From: a virus
Taxonomy: Duplodnaviria; Caudoviricetes
Length of the DNA: 64,000 bases
Strand: one strand, 5' to 3'
IMG/VR virus record: IMGVR_UViG_3300031992_000038
Location: 1-64,000 of that record
Shown here piece after piece: positions 37,189 through 47,895 of this stretch. The position numbers and the translations under genes were made by a program. Position 1 is the stretch's first letter. The number at the start of each line of letters is the position of its first letter. Under the pieces are notes generated by a model, which saw only the letters and a list, made by a program, of their open reading frames with translations, was not told the origin of the DNA and ran no database searches.

Positions 37189-37968
37189 ATGGACTACGAA
37201 AAGAAATACAAAGATGCGCTTGATAGAGCAAAGGAAAAATATAGTGCATGCTCCGCACCGGCGCTTCTCGAATACATTTTCCCCGAACTCAAGGAGAGTG
37301 AGGGTGAAAGAATAGTAAAATGTTTGCTCAACTACTTCAATCATGTCCGTTATAATGGACTTGACCTAAAAGGTACAGATGTTGATGAAGTTATTGCCTG
37401 GCTTGAAAAGCAAGGCGAACAGAAACCTATTGACTATAATGAGGAATTAAAGAAATGTCGAGAAAATCCTTTATATTTCTTTGATAAATATGTGTCTGTA
37501 AAGCTCAAAAACCAAAAGCCAACTTGGGGTAAAGAGGATGAGAAGATAAGGAAAGAACTTATCACACATTTCAGAAATACAAGATGTGTAACAGAAGAAG
37601 GAGGTGAAACAATAGCAAAATGGATTGCTTGGCTTGAAAAGCAGAAAAATACCACAGACAAAGAGTACGTGTTTAGACCGTTGGCAGGTGACACCATCGA
37701 AAAAGCGGCGGAGCGAGCGGTTGAATTGGACGGTAAAGTTGTTCTGGCGTTCAATGGCGCTTACATACCGGTAGGTGATAAAACAAAAGATGAAATTGTC
37801 GCAGAATATCGCAATTGGGTTAAAAAGCAAGGCAAGCAACATTCTCATGTTGATATTGACAAGATGGTTGATGAATTTGCCGATACTGAAGTCGAGGGCT
37901 ATGGCCTTCCGAGTATGATTGAGGTAGATGCATATCGTAGGGACATTGAAGATGCGCTCGAAAAATAA
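37189..37968 (+). CDS. YEKKY/AWLEKQ family protein
   Basis: Repeated ...IAWLEKQ modules. Confidence 0.75.
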   Translation: MDYEKKYKDALDRAKEKYSACSAPALLEYIFPELKESEGERIVKCLLNYFNHVRYNGLDLKGTDVDEVIAWLEKQGEQKPIDYNEELKKCRENPLYFFDKYVSVKLKNQKPTWGKEDEKIRKELITHFRNTRCVTEEGGETIAKWIAWLEKQKNTTDKEYVFRPLAGDTIEKAAERAVELDGKVVLAFNGAYIPVGDKTKDEIVAEYRNWVKKQGKQHSHVDIDKMVDEFADTEVEGYGLPSMIEVDAYRRDIEDALEK

Positions 37969-38015
37969 CGTGAGCGTGAATGTCGTAGTTGTTGAACGAA
38001 TAAAAGATTGAGATT

Positions 38016-38492
38016 ATGACACAGGAAGAATTATATCAACAATATCTTGATGAGGTGAGTTCATTTGAAAGATATGGCAGCAAAAATGTTCTTACGTTTG
38101 ACGAGTGGAAATGGATTAAATCCACAATAGAGAATACTCGACCGGTATGTGAATCTGAACTAAATTCATACAAAGAATTATTGGGTCACACAACTCAAGA
38201 TATTGATACGTTAGAATAAGAAAAATTTTGAAACAACATGAAAGTTTGGTTAACTCTTGAAAAGGACCATTTTGGTACCGATAAAGTAATGTTGTGGTTC
38301 GATAAGCCGCAAAAGGTATATGATAAATTTCTTGGGAGAGAAACCTGGACTTTGGGGGAATACGCACATTTTTACTACCCGCTCTTGACATTAAAAGATG
38401 TCAACTATCTGGTAACTGAAGAGAACTCACCGCTTGAAATATATCTTCCGTTCATGCGTGAATTTGTTGTCGATCAAACCAAGTTAATTTGA
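38016..38492 (+). CDS. Two small hypothetical genes (38016..38219, 38238..38492)
   Basis: ATG ORFs in a co-directional cluster. Confidence 0.6.
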
Positions 38493-38496
38493 AATT

Positions 38497-39411
38497 ATGA
38501 AAGAACTTACTATAGAACAAAAAGCAAAAGCCTATGACGAGGCTTTAGAACGGGCGAAGAAATTGCAAGAAACTTGCGACAGTACGGCAGTAGTAGGATG
38601 GTGTGAGTATATCTTACCAGAACTCAAAGAGAAAGAGAGCGAGGACGATAGAACGAGAAAAGCAATACTTACAGGACTTATTGACTGTAGAGACGCCCCA
38701 GATTTGGGGTGGAGCGATTTCGGCGGTGTTAATATTGATGAGTGTATCGCTTGGATTGAGAAGCAAGGCGAACAAACTCATGCCGCACTTGACCAACCGG
38801 AAGTGACTAAGACAGGCGACCAAGAACTTGAACCAATGTTTAATGAAGGTGATTGGGTGGTATATGACCACAGACCTTACCAAGTCGTAGAACTTCCAAA
38901 AGAAGGCTATATTAATTTAGGTTTAAGAAGAAATGGAAAAGTCGAATTTGCACCCTCCCCTTATTGCAGACATTGGTCTATACAAGACGCAGAGGACGGC
39001 GATGTGCTGGCATCTGAGTTAACCGACTTCATATTTCTTTTCAGAGGTATTAAGGACAACAAAATTGATTTTTATTGTTCCTACGACACCAGACTCGAAT
39101 GGCCCGAGCCCGAACCTGATGATAGATTCGTCATCAAGGATACCAACCTGTATTATGGAAGGGTAGAAAAATCACAAGACATCCATCCCGCCACCAAAGG
39201 ACAACGAGACCTGCTTTTTGAAAAGATGAAGGAAGAGGGTTATGAATGGGATGGGGAAAAGAAAGAGTTGAAGAAGATTAAGCCCAAGAAACTTGATCCA
39301 GACAAGGTGATCGAGTGGCTGCGTAAAAACACCTGCACGGGTTGTTGGGATAGGGCTGATACAGCGATATCACAACGTATTGACAGATTCAAAAAAGATT
39401 TCAGACTATAA
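38497..39411 (+). CDS. KAKAYDEALERA/AWIEKQG family protein
   Basis: Paralogue of 35544. Confidence 0.75.
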   Translation: MKELTIEQKAKAYDEALERAKKLQETCDSTAVVGWCEYILPELKEKESEDDRTRKAILTGLIDCRDAPDLGWSDFGGVNIDECIAWIEKQGEQTHAALDQPEVTKTGDQELEPMFNEGDWVVYDHRPYQVVELPKEGYINLGLRRNGKVEFAPSPYCRHWSIQDAEDGDVLASELTDFIFLFRGIKDNKIDFYCSYDTRLEWPEPEPDDRFVIKDTNLYYGRVEKSQDIHPATKGQRDLLFEKMKEEGYEWDGEKKELKKIKPKKLDPDKVIEWLRKNTCTGCWDRADTAISQRIDRFKKDFRL

Positions 39412-39444
39412 TAACTGAAGATTACTACAAAACGACAGAATAAA

Positions 39445-40131
39445 ATGGGAACTTCTAAACAGTCACAAAAGGAAATTGGTATAGAGTCAGCCATTCTCCG
39501 CCTAAGGGAACTGCATGACTTGATCAAGGAACATCCATACTGGATGGCCTTCAAGTTCCATATGTTCAAACGTGAGATATATCCAATGTATGAAGAAGTG
39601 TTTGAATTATATTCTTATCTAAGATTCAATAAAGAATATAAAGATTCTGACTCTCCGTGGTTTGCCACAATGTCAACCATTTATCATGATTTTCATTCAA
39701 TGCTCGGAATCCTAATTTACAACCCCAGAATTTTTGAAACGCCGGTTGAGGATACTGACTTGTTCAAACAGTATTACCTTCCGATGTTGCAGAATTTTCT
39801 TCAGATTCTACACTTCTTCGTCGAGGGCATGAATGCGCCGGAAAACATGGTGATGTACATGCCGGACAAGGTCCATAACCCAAAAACCATGCACAAGTAC
39901 ATGCCGGTGTATCACGAGAATTGGAAAGATGAATCAGGATATAACTTTTGGTTTGACGGATATTATAAGTGGAGAGCATTAAAATGCATTAAGAAAGATG
40001 ACGTCAACAAAGCAATCGAAAAATTCAAAAAATTAACGCATGAGACAACAAGTGCGTCTTTAAAAGAATTTTATCAACACGCAATAATGGACATCGAAAA
40101 CGGAACGGCATTGGTACATAAAATCATTTAG
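39445..40131 (+). CDS. Hypothetical protein
   Basis: 228-aa ORF. Confidence 0.7.
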   Translation: MGTSKQSQKEIGIESAILRLRELHDLIKEHPYWMAFKFHMFKREIYPMYEEVFELYSYLRFNKEYKDSDSPWFATMSTIYHDFHSMLGILIYNPRIFETPVEDTDLFKQYYLPMLQNFLQILHFFVEGMNAPENMVMYMPDKVHNPKTMHKYMPVYHENWKDESGYNFWFDGYYKWRALKCIKKDDVNKAIEKFKKLTHETTSASLKEFYQHAIMDIENGTALVHKII

Positions 40132-40152
40132 TAACACCATACAAAGTTGAAG

Positions 40153-40470
40153 ATGGACAAGATTCTTGACCTACCGCTCAAGAAAGAGTTGCACGAATTG
40201 ATTGGTCCAACCAAGGAGGATATTGCAATGCTTTATGAGAACGAGTCTAGGGAACTACTGAATGAGGCGGCCGCGGCCGACAACAGCGGCTCGTTCGAGA
40301 CCGTCGTATTCCCCATCATCCGCAGGGTATTCTCGAAACTGCCTGCAAACGACTTGGCGAATGCGCATCTCATAGAAGAGTTTCCAACGACCTTTCCTAC
40401 CCATGAATGGGCTGAGGTCATCGGCAACATCCATGATAATCCCGAACTACTAGAAAGTGACACAAACTGA
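40153..40470 (+). CDS. Chimeric ORF: major-capsid-protein fragment plus YopX-like tail
   Basis: LYENESRELLNEA...SGSFETVVFPIIRRVFSKLPAND (gp23-like N-terminal region); EVIGNIHDNPELL (YopX C-terminus). Confidence 0.6.
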   Translation: MDKILDLPLKKELHELIGPTKEDIAMLYENESRELLNEAAAADNSGSFETVVFPIIRRVFSKLPANDLANAHLIEEFPTTFPTHEWAEVIGNIHDNPELLESDTN

Positions 40471-40669
40471 AGGCAAGTGTATGACAATGGACAAGGAGAA
40501 CGGAACGTCATTGGTACGCAAAATCATTTAGGAACGCCACACGGAGCACGAAAAAGTCAAGAAAAATTTTGTTAAGGATTTTTAACACCGAAAATTTGCC
40601 CCGACCGGTTATTATGCTTACCTTCCCACCATAAGCAAAAAGTTAAACCATTCAGACAAAATTCATAAG

Positions 40670-43111
40670 ATGACTAAAATCTCCAAATTCCACGAGCTAA
40701 TCAAGAACGCCCACATCGAGAAGGACGTCGAGAGCGTATACACCCAGGGCATCACCATGTATTTCCCTGAGGCTGATATTGAACACCCGTTCGCGTGCGA
40801 CAGTTTCATCGACACGAAGACTGACAACGGCAAGATGCTCAAGCTCATCATCGAGTACAAGTTCGATGAGGACTTCTCGACCCGAACCGCACGCTCAAAG
40901 GTCATCGCACAGGTGCTTTATTACATGAAGCGCTTCGAGCAGAACGGCATGATTCTTCCCAACGTTGTCATGGTCGGCGACGTGAACGAGTGCTTCGTGT
41001 TCCACAGCAACGACATCATCAAATACCTCGACGAGGACATCGACTGGACAATCGCCCCGTCAGAGGCCCATCACCGCAACCCAGACCTTGTCATGAAGCT
41101 GAACGACGACGAGAACGTCAACCCGTTCATATTCCGCATTGACGAGCATTTCTCGTTCAAGAGCGTTGTAGAGCGCATCAAACAACTCGCCGACAACATC
41201 CAGCGGTACGTGCACGTGACCGAGCACAACATCGCCACCATATTCGAGTACTTCTGCGACAGGGTAATCAAGGACCGCAAGAAGATTCAGGCGAACGACC
41301 TCGTCGCCGTGTTCATGGGAGTGATAACGAAGGGGGAGAACTACTACAAGCACCCTAACAAGAAGAACACGCTCGTCACGCCGTTCGGGAACATCAGCAT
41401 CAACTCGGACGGGTACGACTCGTTCTTCTCGTACTTCAACCGCAACTACACGCCGCAGGAGAAGAACCGATTCGCCGAGATTTCGGACCGACTGATTGAG
41501 GATACGAACCGCAGAAACAAAGGGGAGTTCTACACTCCGACCTTGTTCGTGGACTATGCCCATAAGATGATTGCCGAGCAGTTCGGAGAGGACTGGAAGG
41601 AGAAGTACGTGGTGTGGGACAATAGCGCAGGAAGCAAGAATCTCACCCGTGACTACTACTTCAAGGAACTGTATTCGTCAACGCTCGAACAGGCCGAACT
41701 TGACATCTCATCACAATATAATAAGGAGGCGACGTCATTCCAGTTCGACTTCCTCAACGACCCGTTGGAGAAACTTCCGCAGGGGCTGAAGGACGCGCTT
41801 GAACAGGACAAGCCCATCATCTTCTTCATGAATCCGCCTTATGCTACAGCAGCAAGTGGAAAGGGAAAAGATGGGAAAACAAACGTTTCAAATACAATTG
41901 TTTATGATACAATGATTGATGATTGTGGAAGGTGCAGCCAGAATCTTTATGCACAGTTCATCTACCGTATCATGATGATTAAGCGTAAATATAATTTGAC
42001 AGACTGTCACATAGCTATGTTCACCAAAACCTTGCATTTGACAGGTAGTAGTTGGAAGAAATTTAGGGATGAATTCTTCAAAGATTTCAATTATATCAAT
42101 GGATGCATGTTCAATGCTTCTCACTTTGCTGACTGTTCTGATAAATGGGGCATTTCATTTGCTATATGGAAATCAAATATGCCAAACAGCATTGATAATT
42201 TCACACATATTCTAATTGATAGCAAAGACGGTGAAATTGTTAATGTTGGCGAAAAAACATTATACAATATGGACAGCCAACAATCCGCAAGCGATTGGGT
42301 AAGAGAGGGGATAAAGGGGATTGAAAAAGAATTAAGACCACACCTTTCAAGCGCAATAACGATTTCGGAGAAACAAAATCAAACGCTAGCGAAAAATGCG
42401 TTAGGAAGTCTAATGTCGTTATCAAATAATGTATATGAAAACGCACAAGGCGTTGGTTTGTCTTCAACAATTCAAACAAAAGGCAGCGCATGCATTTCAA
42501 TATCTATTCTTCCGACGAATTTCACCCGTTGCACCTCTCTGTTCGCGGCCCGCAAGTTAGTAGTCGGTAACTGGATTAACGACAAGGACGAGTACATGGC
42601 ACCGAACACGGAGCACGAGAAGTGGCAGGAGTTCGAGAGTGACAGTGTTGTCTATTCGCTGTTCAACACCTCTTCCAATCAGTCTTCTCTCCGCAATGTG
42701 GAGTACAAGGGCAAGTCATGGGACATCAAGAACGAATTTTTCTGGATGTCCAAGGACGTGATGATGGCATTGGCCGAGGAGTTCTCCAACGACTACTGCT
42801 ACAACGACGCCCGCGTGTCAGACGAGCGATATGTGTACAAACTCCTTCAGGGAATGGAGTTGAGCAAGGAGGCGCGTGACGTCCTGCTGAAGGCAACGCA
42901 GATTGTCGCCAAGTCGTTCCCTTACCGACAGATGTTCAACGAGGAGCATCCAGAGTATCAGGTAATTAACTGGGATTGCGGATGGTACCAGGTCAAGGCG
43001 ATTGCAAAGGAATACCTGAAGGATGACCTTGAGGAGTTCAAAGCGCTCTACAAGAAACTCTCGGAGAAGATGCTCCCGATGGTGTATGAACTAGGGTTCT
43101 TGAGAAAGTAA
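40670..43111 (+). CDS. Type IIG-like restriction/methyltransferase fusion
   Basis: N-terminal D...IIEYK nuclease-like motif; GEFYTP, VWDNSAGSKNL and FMNPPY. Confidence 0.75.
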   Translation: MTKISKFHELIKNAHIEKDVESVYTQGITMYFPEADIEHPFACDSFIDTKTDNGKMLKLIIEYKFDEDFSTRTARSKVIAQVLYYMKRFEQNGMILPNVVMVGDVNECFVFHSNDIIKYLDEDIDWTIAPSEAHHRNPDLVMKLNDDENVNPFIFRIDEHFSFKSVVERIKQLADNIQRYVHVTEHNIATIFEYFCDRVIKDRKKIQANDLVAVFMGVITKGENYYKHPNKKNTLVTPFGNISINSDGYDSFFSYFNRNYTPQEKNRFAEISDRLIEDTNRRNKGEFYTPTLFVDYAHKMIAEQFGEDWKEKYVVWDNSAGSKNLTRDYYFKELYSSTLEQAELDISSQYNKEATSFQFDFLNDPLEKLPQGLKDALEQDKPIIFFMNPPYATAASGKGKDGKTNVSNTIVYDTMIDDCGRCSQNLYAQFIYRIMMIKRKYNLTDCHIAMFTKTLHLTGSSWKKFRDEFFKDFNYINGCMFNASHFADCSDKWGISFAIWKSNMPNSIDNFTHILIDSKDGEIVNVGEKTLYNMDSQQSASDWVREGIKGIEKELRPHLSSAITISEKQNQTLAKNALGSLMSLSNNVYENAQGVGLSSTIQTKGSACISISILPTNFTRCTSLFAARKLVVGNWINDKDEYMAPNTEHEKWQEFESDSVVYSLFNTSSNQSSLRNVEYKGKSWDIKNEFFWMSKDVMMALAEEFSNDYCYNDARVSDERYVYKLLQGMELSKEARDVLLKATQIVAKSFPYRQMFNEEHPEYQVINWDCGWYQVKAIAKEYLKDDLEEFKALYKKLSEKMLPMVYELGFLRK

Positions 43112-43141
43112 GGAATATATTGCTTAATCGTTTATAATTTC

Positions 43142-43600
43142 ATGGAAATAAAGTTCAAGACGAAAGATGAGATAGAAAGCATTGCTCTTCACGAGTTGAG
43201 AAAGTCGCCAAACAAGAAACTGCTCAGCAACACGAACGTGGACTGTTTCATAAGCGGGTGGAATGCCGCGTCGAACGACATCAGGTCACAGATGACCGCG
43301 GAGAAACTGAAAGAGTTCAGGGAGTATCTGAAGGAACTGTCGGAGTACTGCGACGAGAGAATGAGACGTCAGAACGAAGACCTCGGTTACAGCGGTTATA
43401 TGTACACGGTTCCCAGCGACGCGCAGTTGATATTTGAACTGTGGAAACGTGTCGGTGAAGCCTGTGAGACGATAAGCGCGAACCTCGAGAACGTCAAAAT
43501 GAGCCGCGGCGAGTATTACGACAAGGTGAAAGGATGCGGGGATGAATCCACTACACCTTTGCTATGCCGGATTCATGGGAGACAGATGAAAGCATTTTAA
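43142..43600 (+). CDS. Hypothetical protein
   Basis: 152-aa ORF. Confidence 0.7.
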   Translation: MEIKFKTKDEIESIALHELRKSPNKKLLSNTNVDCFISGWNAASNDIRSQMTAEKLKEFREYLKELSEYCDERMRRQNEDLGYSGYMYTVPSDAQLIFELWKRVGEACETISANLENVKMSRGEYYDKVKGCGDESTTPLLCRIHGRQMKAF

Positions 43601-43680
43601 CCATTTTTAACGAAATAAAATTGTTCATCTCAGAAACTTTGTGTACCTTCCACAATCAGAAAACAAAATGTTTTGTCATT

Positions 43681-44139
43681 ATGGACAGATTCAAAGCAAT
43701 ACAGGACGAGATTATCAGCAAGTACCGCGTGAACATTGACGCCAATTCCACGTGCCGGACACGGACGCATGCCCACGTGAGGGAGCGCAGGGTGTGCAAA
43801 TGGGTGCGGAAGAACAGTTTCGAGAGCACGTTCACGCTCCTTCATGAGGTTGGTCACATAGAGACGAAAAAGTCCTCGATGCGCCGTTCCGAGAGCGAGT
43901 ATTATGCGACGTGTTGGGCGTTGGATAGATGCCGCGAATACGGTCTGCAGGTGCCGGAGAAGACCCTCCACGTGTATCAGCGGTACATCCTTCAGGAAGT
44001 CGCGAGAGGCAAACGCAGGGGCGGGTGCGGATACGGAGAGTTGAACATTTACAAGTATTACGGCATTGACAAGACAATCAAGCAGTTCGTAGGCGAGCTG
44101 GAACCGGCGTGGGCGAGATGCATAGCGCCGTGGATTTAG
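43681..44139 (+). CDS. HExxH metallopeptidase-like protein
   Basis: TLLHEVGH with downstream ESEYYA. Confidence 0.65.
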   Translation: MDRFKAIQDEIISKYRVNIDANSTCRTRTHAHVRERRVCKWVRKNSFESTFTLLHEVGHIETKKSSMRRSESEYYATCWALDRCREYGLQVPEKTLHVYQRYILQEVARGKRRGGCGYGELNIYKYYGIDKTIKQFVGELEPAWARCIAPWI

Positions 44140-44203
44140 CTGTTAAGTTTTTGGATTGAGGTTTCTTTCGGGTTATATTCTTATTTAAGACTAAATAAAG
44201 ATT

Positions 44204-47200
44204 ATGAAAAAATTTGCAAACCTCCAGAAGGAGGTAAAGACTGTCAAATTTGGGCTTAAGCCAATTGGAATGACAGAAAAGTTCATCAAGGATAGAGGTC
44301 TCCTTGACGCGCAGTATTCAATCAACGACAGACTGGAAGAGGCGAAACTGGTCCTTGACCGTGTATATCTCGATGTCCTCAGCCGAAGTATGTCGTCCAT
44401 TGACCCGAAAATCGCTGACGGGTTGTATGACGTGTGGCTGAAAGACCAGAAAAAGTTCACTAACAGCAATGAGTTCAATTCCGCTAAAGATACATTTGTT
44501 GGCAAAATTAAAGGATATATTAGAGAACTAATTAAAACCGAGAAAGAAAATTATGACTTTAATGTCAATAATATCCTAAACGATATAGACACCTTCTGCG
44601 GTGGGGATGATGTCTTAAAGAGCGAACTACACAGCATTAAGAATGACTTTAGCGGACGTTCAGCTTATTTCACGGAATATTGCACCAGCAAAAACCCTGC
44701 ATTGTTCGGAACCGAAACAAATTCTTCCTCATATCGTGTCTTTAATGAGAACCTTGTGACATTCTTCAAGAATGTGAAAGCGTTCCGCTCAATCAGTCCT
44801 GATCAAATGACGACGGTTCTTAAATTTGTTGATGGTCTCGATGAAATCATGGTACCGGATAATGGTTTGAAGTATATTCTGCAATCAGACATTGACGTGT
44901 ATAATAAGGTGATTGCTGAATACGCTTCTGCGCGACAGGAACTCCAAAGCAAGGACAAGGGGTTGAGCCTTCCGAAACTTGAGAAACTCGCGAAGCAGAT
45001 TCTTTCTGAGGCCGAGAAGAAATTCCAGCCAATCGAGAGTGACGAGGAGGTGTTTTCGTTCCTGGACGAGAACATCGAAGACCTTACGTCCGCAATATTG
45101 AAACTGAAAGAGTTGTTCAGTGGGATTGGTTCGATTTATGACAAGGAGAAAATCCTGATTGCAAAGAAGGTGAAGGCTAAAAAGGATGAATTCTCCATGA
45201 TTTCGAACGCCTGCATGCATAGTTGGGACGGAATAAAGAACCTAATCATAGAGAACTGGAAGGCTGAAAATCCTAAGGGTAAGGAAAACGTAAAGGACAA
45301 GAAAGCAAACAAATTCTACAAGCAGTTAAGCAATATTTCATTGCTTGAACTTGAAAAAATCACGAACAGTGATGCGGCAACATCTTATCTGATCGGACTA
45401 GGCGAGAAGAACGACAGAGAACTTCAGGAGGCTGACCTTGCTTCACTCGCCATAAACGCTTACAACGTGTTCAAGGAAGAACACGAGAAGGGTCTTGACA
45501 AGAGACTCAAGAACATTGATAACTCAAAGAACATAAACGCATTCTTTGACACGCTGATTAGACTGAAGGACTTCATCTCCCAGATATATGTCGGAGAGGG
45601 CATAGATGACACCTGCGAGTTCTATCAGGAACTTCTTCCTGCGAAATGCAAACTCGAGGAGGTTGTCAGTGAGTGGGTAAGAATCCGAAGTTACCTCACC
45701 AAGAAGGACTACATTCAGAACGAACTGCGTGTCTATTTCGGATTGAACGCGAATTTGATGGGTGGGTGGACACACAAAGAGAATGGTGAGTTTCCAAAAC
45801 GTTCAATTATGTTCAAGGGTGTCGGGGACGATTATTATGTCGGAATTCTTGCTGGGGTTTCCAGTGCCAAAAAGATTTTAAATGGAGAAATAGGTGACGG
45901 AAGATTCCGATATCTTGACATAACAAATTATGACAAAAAGAATATCGAAAGACTTGTTCAAACTTTTTGTGGTGGCAAGAAACCAGATGAAGATGGCCTT
46001 ATTAAAGTCCTCACAAGCAAAGAATGGGCACAAAAGTACCCAAAGTTAGTTTTGGAGAAAACCGATGGGTTCAGCAGTACAGACGAAATCTATAAATCAC
46101 TTTGCCATCAAGAAATGAGATGGGTTGCATGTTCACGCGAAGCCGTAGACACGATGGTTGAGAGTGGTGATTTGTATCTCTTCAAACTTTCTTGTCGGGA
46201 TTTCAGCAAGCATTCAAAAGGTAATCCACAACTGTACACTATGTACCTGCGTGCGCTGTTAAGTGACGACAATCCGATTGGAAGATATTTCATCAATGGT
46301 AACGGAAAAATCACTTTCAGACCGAGGACAGTTGTCGACAATACAAATATTGGTGATTTCGCCATCCACAGGGCAAATTTCCCCATTGATAACAAGCGGA
46401 ACATTGAAGGCGGTGAGAAAAGTGCCACGTATCCATATGACATTGAGAAGAACAAGCGTTTCAAGTCGGATTCATGGTTCATCAGTTTACCGTTATCCGT
46501 GAACGAAGGCAAGAAAATCACCCAAAAGGAAATCAATGACCTTGTCAACGGCATGATTTCAACCGGTGAGATTAAGCACGTCATCGGTATTGACCGCGGC
46601 GAAAGGAACCTTGTCACCGTATCTATCGTGAACAAGGACACAATGGAAATCGTTGAGCAAAGAAGTCTGAACATCATCGGCAACACAGACTATAACAAAC
46701 TCATGGATGAGATGAGCGAGAACGTTAAGGATGATAGGAACAATTTGCGATTGGAAAGTTCGATGAGAAACATGTCCGAAGGTTATGTCAGCCATGCCGT
46801 GAATGAAATAGTACAACTTGTCAGGAAATACAATGCAGTAATCGCGATGGAAAACCTGGACAATCTTGGGCGCGGTAAAATCATCAAGAACATCTACACG
46901 AAGTTCGAGAACCAGTTATTGGACAAACTGTCGTTCATGGTGTTCAAGGATGTTGACAAGAACGACATTGGTGGCGTATACAATCCGCTCACGATGGCAA
47001 TAAAGAAGACGGACCAAACTAAATATGAAAAAACGTTGTCGCAGAACGGTATTGTTTTTTCGGTATTGCCTCAATACACATCAAGCATCGACCCTGTAAC
47101 TGGTTTTGCGAATGTGCTTGACATGCAGAATGTGAAGACTATTGACTCGATCAAGAAGTTCTTCTACTCATTCGACTATATACGCTATGACAAGGAACAT

Positions 47201-47824
47201 GACCATTTCGTGTTTGGCGCCGACTGGAAGAAATTCAAACTAAAGAACAGTGTAAAGGTGAATGAATTGAACAGGACCGAATGGACACTTGTGTCAAGTG
47301 GAATAAGGATCAGGTACAAAAAGACAAAGAACAGTTCGCACCGAACCATTGAGGAGCATGACCCTACTGAGGAACTCAAGAGAGCCATCGGAAGGTCTGG
47401 AAACAATTTCATGGAATGCGGAAACATCAAGAACATAATCATGAACCAGGACTCACATGACATCCTTGACGAATTCCTTGATGCGGTAAAACTGATTCTG
47501 CAGATGAGAAACAGCAAAGGGGAAGAGGACTACATCCTGTCACCGGCGCTAGACGAAAACGGAAAGCAGTTTGACTCACGTGAGCGTCATGGACAAACAA
47601 TGCCGAAAGACGGTGATACGAATGGCGCTTACAATATCGCAAGACGGGCCGTTATGCTCATCAGGAATGGTGATGACAATAAATATGACAGCAATGTGCA
47701 CTGGTTGAATTTTGCGCAAACCGAAGGAAGAATGCAAACCTTAGGTAATGTGCAAAGTACAAATTTTGACAACGAGTTCAAAACTAATGAGTTATGTTAT
47801 TCCGCATCGAAAAGGGTGGGGTAA
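44204..47824 (+). CDS. cas12a: Type V-A CRISPR effector Cas12a (divergent, 1206 aa)
   Basis: N-terminal KTVKFGLKPIG; RuvC-I IGIDRGERNL; RuvC-II IAMENL; YTSSIDPVTGF; LQMRNS; RuvC-III DGDTNGAYNIARR; adjacent V-A-like array. Confidence 0.93.
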   Translation: MKKFANLQKEVKTVKFGLKPIGMTEKFIKDRGLLDAQYSINDRLEEAKLVLDRVYLDVLSRSMSSIDPKIADGLYDVWLKDQKKFTNSNEFNSAKDTFVGKIKGYIRELIKTEKENYDFNVNNILNDIDTFCGGDDVLKSELHSIKNDFSGRSAYFTEYCTSKNPALFGTETNSSSYRVFNENLVTFFKNVKAFRSISPDQMTTVLKFVDGLDEIMVPDNGLKYILQSDIDVYNKVIAEYASARQELQSKDKGLSLPKLEKLAKQILSEAEKKFQPIESDEEVFSFLDENIEDLTSAILKLKELFSGIGSIYDKEKILIAKKVKAKKDEFSMISNACMHSWDGIKNLIIENWKAENPKGKENVKDKKANKFYKQLSNISLLELEKITNSDAATSYLIGLGEKNDRELQEADLASLAINAYNVFKEEHEKGLDKRLKNIDNSKNINAFFDTLIRLKDFISQIYVGEGIDDTCEFYQELLPAKCKLEEVVSEWVRIRSYLTKKDYIQNELRVYFGLNANLMGGWTHKENGEFPKRSIMFKGVGDDYYVGILAGVSSAKKILNGEIGDGRFRYLDITNYDKKNIERLVQTFCGGKKPDEDGLIKVLTSKEWAQKYPKLVLEKTDGFSSTDEIYKSLCHQEMRWVACSREAVDTMVESGDLYLFKLSCRDFSKHSKGNPQLYTMYLRALLSDDNPIGRYFINGNGKITFRPRTVVDNTNIGDFAIHRANFPIDNKRNIEGGEKSATYPYDIEKNKRFKSDSWFISLPLSVNEGKKITQKEINDLVNGMISTGEIKHVIGIDRGERNLVTVSIVNKDTMEIVEQRSLNIIGNTDYNKLMDEMSENVKDDRNNLRLESSMRNMSEGYVSHAVNEIVQLVRKYNAVIAMENLDNLGRGKIIKNIYTKFENQLLDKLSFMVFKDVDKNDIGGVYNPLTMAIKKTDQTKYEKTLSQNGIVFSVLPQYTSSIDPVTGFANVLDMQNVKTIDSIKKFFYSFDYIRYDKEHDHFVFGADWKKFKLKNSVKVNELNRTEWTLVSSGIRIRYKKTKNSSHRTIEEHDPTEELKRAIGRSGNNFMECGNIKNIIMNQDSHDILDEFLDAVKLILQMRNSKGEEDYILSPALDENGKQFDSRERHGQTMPKDGDTNGAYNIARRAVMLIRNGDDNKYDSNVHWLNFAQTEGRMQTLGNVQSTNFDNEFKTNELCYSASKRVG

Positions 47825-47895
47825 ACAACTAAAAAGAAGAAAAGACCAAAGCCGCTCATTTCCAATGGGTTGGATTAAAAACTTGGGCGGATAGG

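Noticed and set aside
44204-47824. Nuclease-dead or RNA-targeting Cas12a2-type effector
   Set aside because: The RuvC triad and Cas12a Nuc motifs are present, and spacers appear to come from both coding orientations.
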